A stretch of 64,000 bases of DNA from Planctomycetota bacterium (GTDB taxonomy: Bacteria; Planctomycetota; MHYJ01; WSZJ01). Position numbers and translations under genes: made by a program. The notes under the pieces are model-generated. The model ran no database searches, was not told the origin of the DNA, and saw nothing but the letters and a program-made list of their open reading frames with translations. Below, one piece after another: positions 11,710-19,865 of this stretch. Positions within the stretch are counted from its first letter, which is position 1, and each line of letters begins with the position of its first letter. The stretch lies in contig JBBTCT010000022.1 of assembly GCA_038060895.1 (NCBI GenBank), forward strand, positions 320,001 to 384,000. The letters are read 5' to 3'.

Positions 11710-12153
11710 ATGTTGAGAGCCCTCGTTGTCTGTTGCGCCGTAGTGTTCGGAGGCGCAATCCTCGCTGGTTGTTCGAGCGAGGAAAAGCAGGAGCAGAAGG
11801 CGTGCGCCGACTGCGAAAAGGCCGGCGCCGGCAAGATGTGCGACGCGTGCCAGAAGTCTCACGCGGCGGAGTGCGCGAAGGCGTGCGCGAAGTGCAAGGC
11901 AGCGGGCGAAGGCAAGATGTGCGCCGACTGCCAGAAGTACATGCGCGACTGCGCGACGTCGAAGGCGTGCGAGATGTGCAAGAAGGAAGGTCCGGGGCAG
12001 GTTTGCGCCACGTGCCAGAAGGGAATGCACGCGGACTGCGCGGCGAAGTGCGAGAAGTGCAAGGCCGCCGGCGAGGGCAAGATGTGCGCAGATTGCGAGA
12101 AGGTGTGCCGCGCAAAGATGGACAAGGAAGGTTGCGGCGACTGCTGCAAGTAG
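11710..12153 (+). CDS. Cys-rich repeat lipoprotein (4x CxxC-x8-CxxC), metallothionein-like
   Basis: AGGGGA RBS; LAGC lipobox; 23 Cys after the lipobox; downstream terminator. Confidence 0.85.
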   Translation: MLRALVVCCAVVFGGAILAGCSSEEKQEQKACADCEKAGAGKMCDACQKSHAAECAKACAKCKAAGEGKMCADCQKYMRDCATSKACEMCKKEGPGQVCATCQKGMHADCAAKCEKCKAAGEGKMCADCEKVCRAKMDKEGCGDCCK

Positions 12154-12170
12154 TTCCCGGGGAAACGAAG

Positions 12171-12204
12171 CGGCCGGCGGAACCATCCGCCGGCCGTTTT
12201 TTTT
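12171..12204 (+). terminator. intrinsic terminator
   Basis: CGGCCGGCGGA-ACCA-TCCGCCGGCCG-T8. Confidence 0.85.
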
Positions 12205-12266
12205 CGTACGCGGGCGAAGCTCGCGATTAGACTTCGCGCGTCTCAGGGGGAGACAAGGAGTCCGTC

Positions 12267-12518
12267 ATGTTGAAGAGTGCGTCGAAAGCCGTTGCCATCC
12301 TGGCGCTGGCGCTGTCCCTTCCCGGCTGCATCTCGCTGGCGATCGGCGACAACTCGAGCAAGAGGGCCCGCGCCGAGTGCACGAGCTGTGGGAAGGATCT
12401 GCACGACCAGTTGTGCGAAGGCTGCCAGAAAGAGAAGTGGGACGCCGCGTGTGGCGAGTGCGCGAAGCTCGGATCCGGGAAAATGTGCCCGGCGTGCCAG
12501 GAAAAGGCGGGGAAGTAG
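12267..12518 (+). CDS. small Cys-rich lipoprotein (2x CxxC-x8-CxxC)
   Basis: AAGGAG RBS; LPGC lipobox; shares the GxGKMCxxC motif with the upstream gene. Confidence 0.8.
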   Translation: MLKSASKAVAILALALSLPGCISLAIGDNSSKRARAECTSCGKDLHDQLCEGCQKEKWDAACGECAKLGSGKMCPACQEKAGK

Positions 12519-12524
12519 GGAGTG

Positions 12525-12645
12525 GGTAGGGGGTAGTAGTTAGGAAGGGCCAGAAACCAAACGCCGCCCGAAACAGAAACGGCCTCCGGAGTTCCCGGAG
12601 GCCGTTGTTATTGCCGTTCCTACCAACTACCAACTACAGACTACC
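12525..12645. repeat. heptamer-repeat (GGTAGNN) inverted element enclosing a terminator-like hairpin
   Basis: GGTAGGGGGTAGTAGTTAGGAA versus TTCCTACCAACTACCAACTAC; inner stem AACGGCCTCCGG/CCGGAGGCCGTT at 12578-12606 between convergent genes. Confidence 0.6.
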
Positions 12646-13214
12646 TACTCCTTCACGCGCTCCATGTACTCGCCGGTGCGCGTATCGACCTTGATCATCT
12701 CCCCGGGGTTCACGAACGGCGGCACCCGGATCACCATCCCCGTCTCCAGCGTCGCCGACTTCGACTGGTTCGTGACCGTCGCACCCTTCAGCGCCGGTTC
12801 CGTCTCCGTGACACGCAGATTCACGTTCGTCGGCAGGTCGACCCCCACCATCTCGCCGTCGATGTACTGCATCTGGCACATCGTGTTCGGCAGCAGGAAC
12901 CCCTTCGTGTCCTCCATCATCTCCGCCGACACGCTGTGCTCCTCGAACGTGTTCTGGTCCATGAACACGAAGTTGCCGCCGCTCGAATAGAGGTACTCCA
13001 TCTCGCGGGCCTCGCTCCCGACCGTTTCCACTTTTTCGCCGGTCCCGAAGCGCTGCTGCTTCGTCGACCCCGTCTTCACGCTGCGCATCTTGCACTGCAC
13101 CATCCCGCGCCAGTTCCCGGGGGTAACGTGCGTCGTGTCCATCACCCGGTAGAGGTCGCCTTCCCACCGGAAGATCATCCCCTTGCGCAGCTCCGTCACG
13201 TTGATCATGCCCAT
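12645..13214 (-). CDS. efp: translation elongation factor P
   Basis: ELRKGM, HVTPGNWRGMVQ, KGAT, ATLETG, VPPFV and DTRTGEY motifs. Confidence 0.95.
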   Translation of the reverse strand: MGMINVTELRKGMIFRWEGDLYRVMDTTHVTPGNWRGMVQCKMRSVKTGSTKQQRFGTGEKVETVGSEAREMEYLYSSGGNFVFMDQNTFEEHSVSAEMMEDTKGFLLPNTMCQMQYIDGEMVGVDLPTNVNLRVTETEPALKGATVTNQSKSATLETGMVIRVPPFVNPGEMIKVDTRTGEYMERVKE

Positions 13215-13215
13215 G

Positions 13216-13512
13216 TCACTTCACCTCCGCCTTCGCGTACTTTTCCAGGATCGCCGGCACGTCGGCCGGCGTCACGCCCGACAGGAGCGTGCCTTCAGGA
13301 TACACCACCACGTTGGGCCCCAGCTGGCACAGCCCGAGGCAATGTGTCTTTGTCACCCTCACCTGGCCCTTCAGCCCCACGTCGTTCACCCCCTGCTTGA
13401 TCGCGTCCGCCACCGCCTTCGACCCGCGCTCGCCGCATGACGCTTCTCCCTCGGGCCTCTCGTTGAGGCAGATGAGGAACATGCGCCGGAACGGAACCGG
13501 GGACGTGTTCAT
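13216..13512 (-). CDS. thioredoxin-like [2Fe-2S] ferredoxin
   Basis: IC…SC…CLGLCQLGPNVVVYPEG Cys pattern. Confidence 0.88.
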   Translation of the reverse strand: MNTSPVPFRRMFLICLNERPEGEASCGERGSKAVADAIKQGVNDVGLKGQVRVTKTHCLGLCQLGPNVVVYPEGTLLSGVTPADVPAILEKYAKAEVK

Positions 13513-13596
13513 GGGGGGCGGGGAGTATACGCGGAGAAGCGGCGTGGGCAAGGGGCGACTGGCAGAAGCCTGGGCCGAGCCGGTATTCTCGGGTTC

Positions 13597-14394
13597 ATGA
13601 AAGCCGCTGCCATGGGACTGGTCTTCTTCAGCACGAGCCTGCAGGTCGCAGCCCAGGAAAAGGCCGAGCTGAAGTGGACGCTCGTGACGGGGGACCGGTA
13701 CTCCTACGAGGTCTCCAACGAAATCACGGAGACCGACGCCCCGGGAAAGCCGAAGAAGCGCGTGACGAAGCGCTCGTACAAGCTCTCGGCCATTCTCGAG
13801 GTCGTTGACGCGAAGGCCTATCCCGTGCAAGTTGAGCTCCTGGTCGTGAAGACGTCGCAGCGGACGGAGGTGAATCAAAAGGAGGTCGCGGCCGAGACCC
13901 GCAGCACGGCAGGTGGGGACTGGGACAGGCCCGTTTCCGGCACGTACATGAAAAACGGGGAACTGAAGCTGAATGCCGGCGATTTCAAGCAGGCCGCCGA
14001 GGGCGTGGACCTCGCCAACTACGTGTTCATGAATTTCCCGCTGCTGCCCGAGAAGGTGGTCCGCGTGGACGAGCAGTGGCCAGGGAACAGGACGGAAGCG
14101 AAAGAGACGCTTCGGCTCGCTTCGCTGGCCGAGAAAGAGAAATACTTCGAAGCGACCGTCGATGGAACATCGAAGAACCAGAGCGACATCATGACCGAGG
14201 GCGGAATCCGGCTGGGGAGCAGGACGACGACCGTCAAGACGCACGCGGTGCTGGACGTGACGAACGGATGGTTCAAGAGCGTCGAATTGACGGCCAATGG
14301 CGAGCAGTTCGACGCGGGAGTGCCGAAGGCGGTGAAGACCAGCTCATCGCGCATGGCGATCACGCTCGGGCGTCTGGAAGCGCGGAAGAAATAG
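13597..14394 (+). CDS. hypothetical secreted protein
   Basis: Signal-peptide-like N-terminus; coding-like composition. Confidence 0.7.
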   Translation: MKAAAMGLVFFSTSLQVAAQEKAELKWTLVTGDRYSYEVSNEITETDAPGKPKKRVTKRSYKLSAILEVVDAKAYPVQVELLVVKTSQRTEVNQKEVAAETRSTAGGDWDRPVSGTYMKNGELKLNAGDFKQAAEGVDLANYVFMNFPLLPEKVVRVDEQWPGNRTEAKETLRLASLAEKEKYFEATVDGTSKNQSDIMTEGGIRLGSRTTTVKTHAVLDVTNGWFKSVELTANGEQFDAGVPKAVKTSSSRMAITLGRLEARKK

Positions 14395-14501
14395 TCGCAC
14401 GCCGGCGCCGGAGAAGAAGTAGCGCGGCGCTTCATCCTGATTCCCCCGGTCAGGATTGACTATTGGTGGAACGCACGCGGCGCACCGTCGACACTGGGCC
14501 C

Positions 14502-16136
14502 GTGCGCTACGGCTTCGTTCTCGACCAGGACAAATGCATCGGCTGCCACGCGTGCACGGTCGCGTGCAAGGAAGAGCACAACGTTCCGCTGGGGGTGTTC
14601 CGGACGTACGTGAAGTACGTGGAGAAGGGGAAGTTCCCGGACACGGAGCGGAAGTTCGCGGTCATCCGCTGTAACCAGTGCGACGACGCGCCTTGCATGA
14701 CGATCTGCCCGACCGCCGCGCTTTTCCGCCGCGACAACGGCATCGTCGACTTCGACAAGGACGCGTGCATCGGCTGCAAGGCGTGCATGCAGGCCTGCCC
14801 GTACGACGCGCTCTACATCGACCCGGCGACGCAGACGGCGGCAAAGTGCAACTACTGCGCGCACCGGGTGGAGAAAGGGATGGAGCCCGCGTGCGTGATC
14901 GTGTGTCCCGAGCAGGCGATCATCACGGGGGACCTCGACAATCCTGCGAGCCGCATCTCGACGTACGTTGCGAGCGGGAAGACGACGGTGCGCAAGCCGG
15001 AGAAGGGGACGCGGCCGAAGGTTCACTACAAGGGCGCCGACCCGGCGACGCTGAACCCTTCGCTCACGCACGTCCTCGGCGGCCAGATGTGGGCGGCCGC
15101 GACGGAGAAAGAGGCGACCTTCGCGGCGATGCAGGTGATGGGCCGCGGGCCGGGAAGCGGCGTGCCGCCCCCGATGGACATGGCGCGAACGGTGATGGAC
15201 ACGGCGAAAGAGCGCGCGCCTTGGGGGTGGAAGGTTTGGGCCTACCTGTGGACCAAGTCGATCGCCGCGGGCGCGATGGGCATCGCGGGGGTCGCCGTCG
15301 GCTGCAGTGTGCCGGGAACGGACCGGCTGATGGGCCCAATCGCTTCCGGCATCGCGCTTGTGTTCACGGCACTCACGTGCCTTCTGCTCGTCCTCGACCT
15401 CAAGCGTCCGGAGCGCTTCTACCTCATCCTCACCCGCCCCAACTGGAGTTCCTGGCTCGTCTGGGGGACGCTCGCGCTCATGGCGTTCTCGGGCGTCTGC
15501 GCGTTGTGGTTCGTGGCGTCGCTCGCGGGCTGGACCGGGCTGATGAAGGCTCTCGCGTGGCCCGCTGTCCTGTTCTCGGCCGGGGCGGCGGGATACTCGG
15601 CCTTCCTGTTCAGGCAAGCGAGGGGTCGCGACTTCTGGCTGAGCCCGTTACTGCTCGTGCAGCTTCTCATCGCCGCTGCGCTCGCCGGGGCGGCGACACT
15701 GCTCATCACGCAGCAATTCTTGAATCTCTTCGAACGCGGGTACGTCCCCGAAGTCACCCTTGGAACCCGGTATGCATTCGACTCGCACCGCACATACTCC
15801 AAAGGGGCGCTTGAGAGGGTGCTCCGCACCGGTTGGCTGGAGACCTGCCTCCTGGGATCCCTGCTGGCCCAACTGGTCATTCTCATTGCGGAAGTGGTGG
15901 TGCCCCACGGCAGCGCCGATTCTCGACGCGCCGTCCGTTTGCTGACCCATGGGGCCTGCGCCGCCCCGTTCTGGGGCGCGGCCGTTCTCGGGGGCATTGC
16001 CCTTCCGCTCGCGTTGGTGGCGACTTTCAGGCACGTCGTCGCCGCGGATCTCTTCGCCGCAGCGCTCGCGCTTGCTGGCCTGCTGATCTACGAGCATCTC
16101 TGGATCAAAGTCGGCCAGTCAGTGCCGCTGAGCTAG
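14502..16136 (+). CDS. 4Fe-4S ferredoxin (NrfC/PsrB-like) fused to NrfD/PsrC membrane anchor
   Basis: CIGCHAC, CNQC, CIGCKAC and CNYC clusters, then WGWKV…DLKRPERF…SWLVWG and ~8 TM helices. Confidence 0.92.
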   Translation: MRYGFVLDQDKCIGCHACTVACKEEHNVPLGVFRTYVKYVEKGKFPDTERKFAVIRCNQCDDAPCMTICPTAALFRRDNGIVDFDKDACIGCKACMQACPYDALYIDPATQTAAKCNYCAHRVEKGMEPACVIVCPEQAIITGDLDNPASRISTYVASGKTTVRKPEKGTRPKVHYKGADPATLNPSLTHVLGGQMWAAATEKEATFAAMQVMGRGPGSGVPPPMDMARTVMDTAKERAPWGWKVWAYLWTKSIAAGAMGIAGVAVGCSVPGTDRLMGPIASGIALVFTALTCLLLVLDLKRPERFYLILTRPNWSSWLVWGTLALMAFSGVCALWFVASLAGWTGLMKALAWPAVLFSAGAAGYSAFLFRQARGRDFWLSPLLLVQLLIAAALAGAATLLITQQFLNLFERGYVPEVTLGTRYAFDSHRTYSKGALERVLRTGWLETCLLGSLLAQLVILIAEVVVPHGSADSRRAVRLLTHGACAAPFWGAAVLGGIALPLALVATFRHVVAADLFAAALALAGLLIYEHLWIKVGQSVPLS

Positions 16137-16157
16137 GCGGCTGCGAAGAAGACGAAC

Positions 16158-16256
16158 TTGAGGTTGCAGATTGCAACCTCAAAGCCAGCGTGCCTTTGAA
16201 GTCGCAATTTGCGATTTCAAGTTGGATGGATTTGATATTCCAAATTGGAATATCAA
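16158..16256. repeat. array of three 25-bp palindromes TTGA-N5-CA(A/G)(A/T)TTG-N5-TCAA
   Basis: Units at 16158-16182, 16196-16220 and 16232-16256. Confidence 0.9.
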
Positions 16257-16263
16257 GGCGCAA

Positions 16264-16794
16264 CTACCGCGTCCCATGGAACCCGATCCGCTTCGGCCCG
16301 CGTCCGCGCGGCGGGTTCACGAGCTGGCGGATTGCGGCAAAAATGCCCTGTATCGCCTCGTCGTGGGTGCCGACGCGTCGCTCCAGCTCCGAGAGTTTTC
16401 GCGAGATCTCCTGCTGCGTCGCCACGATCTCGCGCGTACGAATGAAGGCGCGCATGATCGCGATGTTGACGAGGGTGGCGCGATCGCTGCGCAGGACGCT
16501 GGAGAGCATGGCCACCCCGTGCTCGGTGAAGGCGAAAGGGAGGGTTCGGCGTCCACCTCTTCCGTTTGAGGTGCCAATCTGGCACATCAAACCCGAGGCT
16601 TCTTCGTCCGTGAGCCGGAACATGAAATCCGGCGGGAAGCGACCGGCGTTCCGCTTTACCGCCCGGTTGAGGCCGGAAGTCCGGACGCCGTACATCCGGG
16701 CAAGGTCGTTGTCCAGCAGCACCCTCTGTCCGCGAACACGAACGATGAGATGCTCGACACTTTCGACTGGGATCATGACTTTCAGCCCGCTCAT
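16264..16794 (-). CDS. ORF6N domain-containing DNA-binding protein
   Basis: VRGQRVLLDNDLARMYGV, AVKRNAGRFPPDFMFRLT and FTEHGVAMLSSVLRS motifs; GGAGGAG RBS. Confidence 0.93.
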   Translation of the reverse strand: MSGLKVMIPVESVEHLIVRVRGQRVLLDNDLARMYGVRTSGLNRAVKRNAGRFPPDFMFRLTDEEASGLMCQIGTSNGRGGRRTLPFAFTEHGVAMLSSVLRSDRATLVNIAIMRAFIRTREIVATQQEISRKLSELERRVGTHDEAIQGIFAAIRQLVNPPRGRGPKRIGFHGTR

Positions 16795-16923
16795 GCGCTC
16801 CTCCAGGAACTGGAATGGGGAAGTCTCTTCAGCACGAACGGGGCATCGTAGGCACGGAGAGAATTGGAATGCAATCCGTCGCCGGCAGATTTCCTGCGAT
16901 TCGAGCTTGAACGCGCTCCCAAC

Positions 16924-16985
16924 TTGAGATCACAGATTGTGATGTCAAGTCAGGGCGGGACGGGTGGTCGCAGATTGCGACCGCC
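16924..16985. repeat. two further palindromes of the same family upstream of ORF6N
   Basis: TTGAGATCACAGATTGTGATGTCAA (16924-16948) and GGTGGTCGCAGATTGCGACCGCC (16963-16985). Confidence 0.85.
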
Positions 16986-17051
16986 TGCCGCCCGTATCAA
17001 GTCGTCAGAACCGTGATCGCCCCCCGCGCGCCGCATATGATCCGCCTCTCC

Positions 17052-19865
17052 ATGACGCCCCCGAACCCCCAGCCTCTTCACCCCGCCGCGCGCGAACTCG
17101 ACCCGCCGGTCGGAGGGCTCGCGGCGTATCCGCCGGTTGAAAAGTGGGACAACTGGACGGAGTACGACGCGCAGGCGTGGCCGAAGAAGGTGGAGCACAC
17201 GTACTCGCTGGTGCCGACGATCTGCTTCAACTGCGAAGCGGCGTGCGGGTTGCTGGCGTACGTGGACAAGAAGGACGGGAAGATCCAGCGGTTTGAGGGA
17301 AACCCGGAGCATCCGGGGAGTCGCGGGCGGAATTGTGCGAAGGGGCCGGCGACGCTGAACCAGGTGTACGATCCTGAGCGGATTCTTTATCCGCTCAAGC
17401 GGAACGGGAAGCGTGGCGAAGGGAAGTGGAAACGGGTGACGTGGGACGAGGTACTGACGGACATCGGCGGGCGGATCCGGAAGGCGCTGATGGAGAACCG
17501 GCAGCGCGAGATCATGTACCACGTGGGGCGGCCGGGGCACGAGCTGATTTACAACCAGCGGGTGCTGCATGCGTGGGGGATCGACGGGCACAACTCGCAC
17601 ACGAACGTTTGCTCAGCGGGGGCGCGGGCGGGGTACGCGTTCTGGATGGGGATCGACCGGCCTTCGCCGGATCATGCGAACTCGAAGTTCATGCTGCTCC
17701 TGAGCGCGCATCTCGAGACGGGGCATTACTTCAACCCGCACGCGCAGCGGATCATGGAGGCGAAGGAACGCGGCGTGAAGATGGCCGTGATCGACACGCG
17801 TCTCTCGAACACCGCTTCGATGGCCGACTGGTGGCTGCCGACCTGGCCGGGGACGGAAGCGGCGCTGTTGCTGGCGCTCGCGAACGTGATGATCCGCGAC
17901 AAGACGTACGACCGGGAGTTCGTGCGGCGGTGGGTGAACTGGGAAGAGTTCCTGCGCGAGGAGCGGCCGGGCGTTGCCTCGACGTTTGAGGCGTTCGAAG
18001 CGGAGCTGGCGAAGTTGTACGCGGAGTTCACCCCGGAGTACGCCGAGAAGGAATGCGGCGTGCCGGCGAAGACGATCCTCGAGGTCGCGGCCGAGATCGC
18101 GAAGGCGGGGTCGGCGTTCGCGACGCACGTGTGGCGCAACGCGGCGGCGGGAAACCTCGGCGGTTGGCAGGTGTCGCGCGCGCTGGAACTGCTCGTTGTC
18201 CTCGCGGGCGCCGTCGGCACGAACGGCGGCACCGTCCCGAACCAGTGGAACAAGTTCACGCCGAAGCCGCCGCTGATGCCGCCGCCGTCGAAGGTGTGGA
18301 GCGAGCTGCTCTACCCGAAGGAGTACCCTCTCGCGTTTTTCGAGATGTCGTTCCTGCTGCCGCATTTCCTGAAAGAAGGTCGCGGCAAGCTCGATACGTA
18401 TTTCACGCGCGTCTACAACCCCGTGTGGACTAACCCCGACGGCATGACGTGGCTCGAGGTCCTCACCGACGAGTCGAAAGTCGGATGCCACGTGTGCCTC
18501 TCGCCGACGTGGAGCGAGACCGCGTGGTACGCGGACTACGTGCTCCCGATGGGCCACGGCTCCGAGCGCCACGACCTCATGAGCCAGGAGACGCACGCGG
18601 CCAAGTGGATCGGCTTCCGCCAGCCGGTGCAGCGCGTGTGGCTCGAAAAACAGGGGAAAAAATTCAACTCGACCTGGGAAGCGCACGAAGCGTCCGGCCT
18701 CGGCCAGGTCTGGGAAGAAGAAGAGTTCTGGATCGAGCTGTCGTGGAAGATCGATCCCGACGGCGCGCTCGGCATCCGCAAGTACTTCGAGTCGCCCTTC
18801 GAGCCTGGCAAGAAGATGGAAATCTCCGAGTTCTACCGGTGGATCTTCGAGAACAGCGTGCCGGGGCTGCCGGAGAAGGCGAAGAAGGAGGGACTGACGC
18901 CGCTGGAGTTCATGCGCAAGTACGGCGCGTTCCTGGTCTCGGAGGGGACGGTGCTGGGGCACGAGCAGGCCGTGCCGAGCGAGGGCGCGACGACGGACCC
19001 CGTGACGAAAGTCGTCTCGAAATCCGGTGCGCCCGTCGGCGTCGAAATCGACGGGAAGCCGCTCGCCGGATTCCCGACGCCGTCGCGCAAGCTCGAGTTC
19101 TACTCGAAGACGCTCAAGGACTGGAAATGGCCGGAGCACGCGCTCCCCGGCTACATCAGGAGCCACGTCCACCCTTCGAATTTCGACATCGCGAAGGGCG
19201 AGATGCTCCTCCTGCCGACCTTCCGCCTCCCGACGCTCATCCACACGCGTACCGGCAACGCGAAATGGCTCATCGAGCTCTCGCACTCCAACCCGCTCTG
19301 GCTCAACACCGGCGACGCGGCGCGCTTCAAGGTGGGCATGGGACACCTCCTCAAGGTCCACACGGAGATCGGGTGGTTCATCGACAAGGTCTGGGTGACC
19401 GAAGCGATCCGCCCGGGCGTCGTCGCGTGCTCGCACCACATCGGGCGGTGGCGCGTGATTGAGGAGCAGGCCGGGAAATGGTGCACCGCGCTCGTTGACC
19501 TGAAGGAGCAGTCGGCGGGGAAGTGGAAGATGCGCCACATCCACGGCGTGCAGCCCTTCAAGAGCAGTGACCCCGACTCCGAGCGCATCTCGTGGACGGA
19601 TGCGGGTGTGCACCAGAACCTGACGTTCCCCGTCCAGCCCGACCCGATTAGCGGGCAGCACTGCTGGCACCAGAAGGTGCGCGTCGAGAAGCCCGCGGCC
19701 GGCGACAAGTACGGGGATATCTTCGTCGATACGGCGAAGTCGATGGAGGTGTACCGTCGGTGGCTCCAACTCGCGCGGCCGGCTCCGGGGCCGGGAGGAC
19801 TTCGGCGGCCACGGTGGCTGCCGCGGGCGTACATGCCGGCGAAGGAGACGTACGAAATCCGGTGA
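17052..19865 (+). CDS. molybdopterin (Mo-bisPGD) oxidoreductase catalytic subunit
   Basis: CFNCEAAC…NCAKG 4Fe-4S, RILYPLKR, ADYVLP, TPSRKLEF and C-terminal dinucleotide-binding domain; no Tat signal seen. Confidence 0.92.
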   Translation: MTPPNPQPLHPAARELDPPVGGLAAYPPVEKWDNWTEYDAQAWPKKVEHTYSLVPTICFNCEAACGLLAYVDKKDGKIQRFEGNPEHPGSRGRNCAKGPATLNQVYDPERILYPLKRNGKRGEGKWKRVTWDEVLTDIGGRIRKALMENRQREIMYHVGRPGHELIYNQRVLHAWGIDGHNSHTNVCSAGARAGYAFWMGIDRPSPDHANSKFMLLLSAHLETGHYFNPHAQRIMEAKERGVKMAVIDTRLSNTASMADWWLPTWPGTEAALLLALANVMIRDKTYDREFVRRWVNWEEFLREERPGVASTFEAFEAELAKLYAEFTPEYAEKECGVPAKTILEVAAEIAKAGSAFATHVWRNAAAGNLGGWQVSRALELLVVLAGAVGTNGGTVPNQWNKFTPKPPLMPPPSKVWSELLYPKEYPLAFFEMSFLLPHFLKEGRGKLDTYFTRVYNPVWTNPDGMTWLEVLTDESKVGCHVCLSPTWSETAWYADYVLPMGHGSERHDLMSQETHAAKWIGFRQPVQRVWLEKQGKKFNSTWEAHEASGLGQVWEEEEFWIELSWKIDPDGALGIRKYFESPFEPGKKMEISEFYRWIFENSVPGLPEKAKKEGLTPLEFMRKYGAFLVSEGTVLGHEQAVPSEGATTDPVTKVVSKSGAPVGVEIDGKPLAGFPTPSRKLEFYSKTLKDWKWPEHALPGYIRSHVHPSNFDIAKGEMLLLPTFRLPTLIHTRTGNAKWLIELSHSNPLWLNTGDAARFKVGMGHLLKVHTEIGWFIDKVWVTEAIRPGVVACSHHIGRWRVIEEQAGKWCTALVDLKEQSAGKWKMRHIHGVQPFKSSDPDSERISWTDAGVHQNLTFPVQPDPISGQHCWHQKVRVEKPAAGDKYGDIFVDTAKSMEVYRRWLQLARPAPGPGGLRRPRWLPRAYMPAKETYEIR

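Noticed and set aside
11710-12153. multiheme cytochrome c
   Set aside because: No CxxCH motifs; the few CxxCK instances are part of a Lys-rich repeat
16158-16256. CRISPR array
   Set aside because: Units are non-identical palindromes with only 11-13-nt gaps and there are no cas genes
16264-16794. prophage remnant
   Set aside because: ORF6N is phage-associated, but no integrase, structural or other phage genes are in the window
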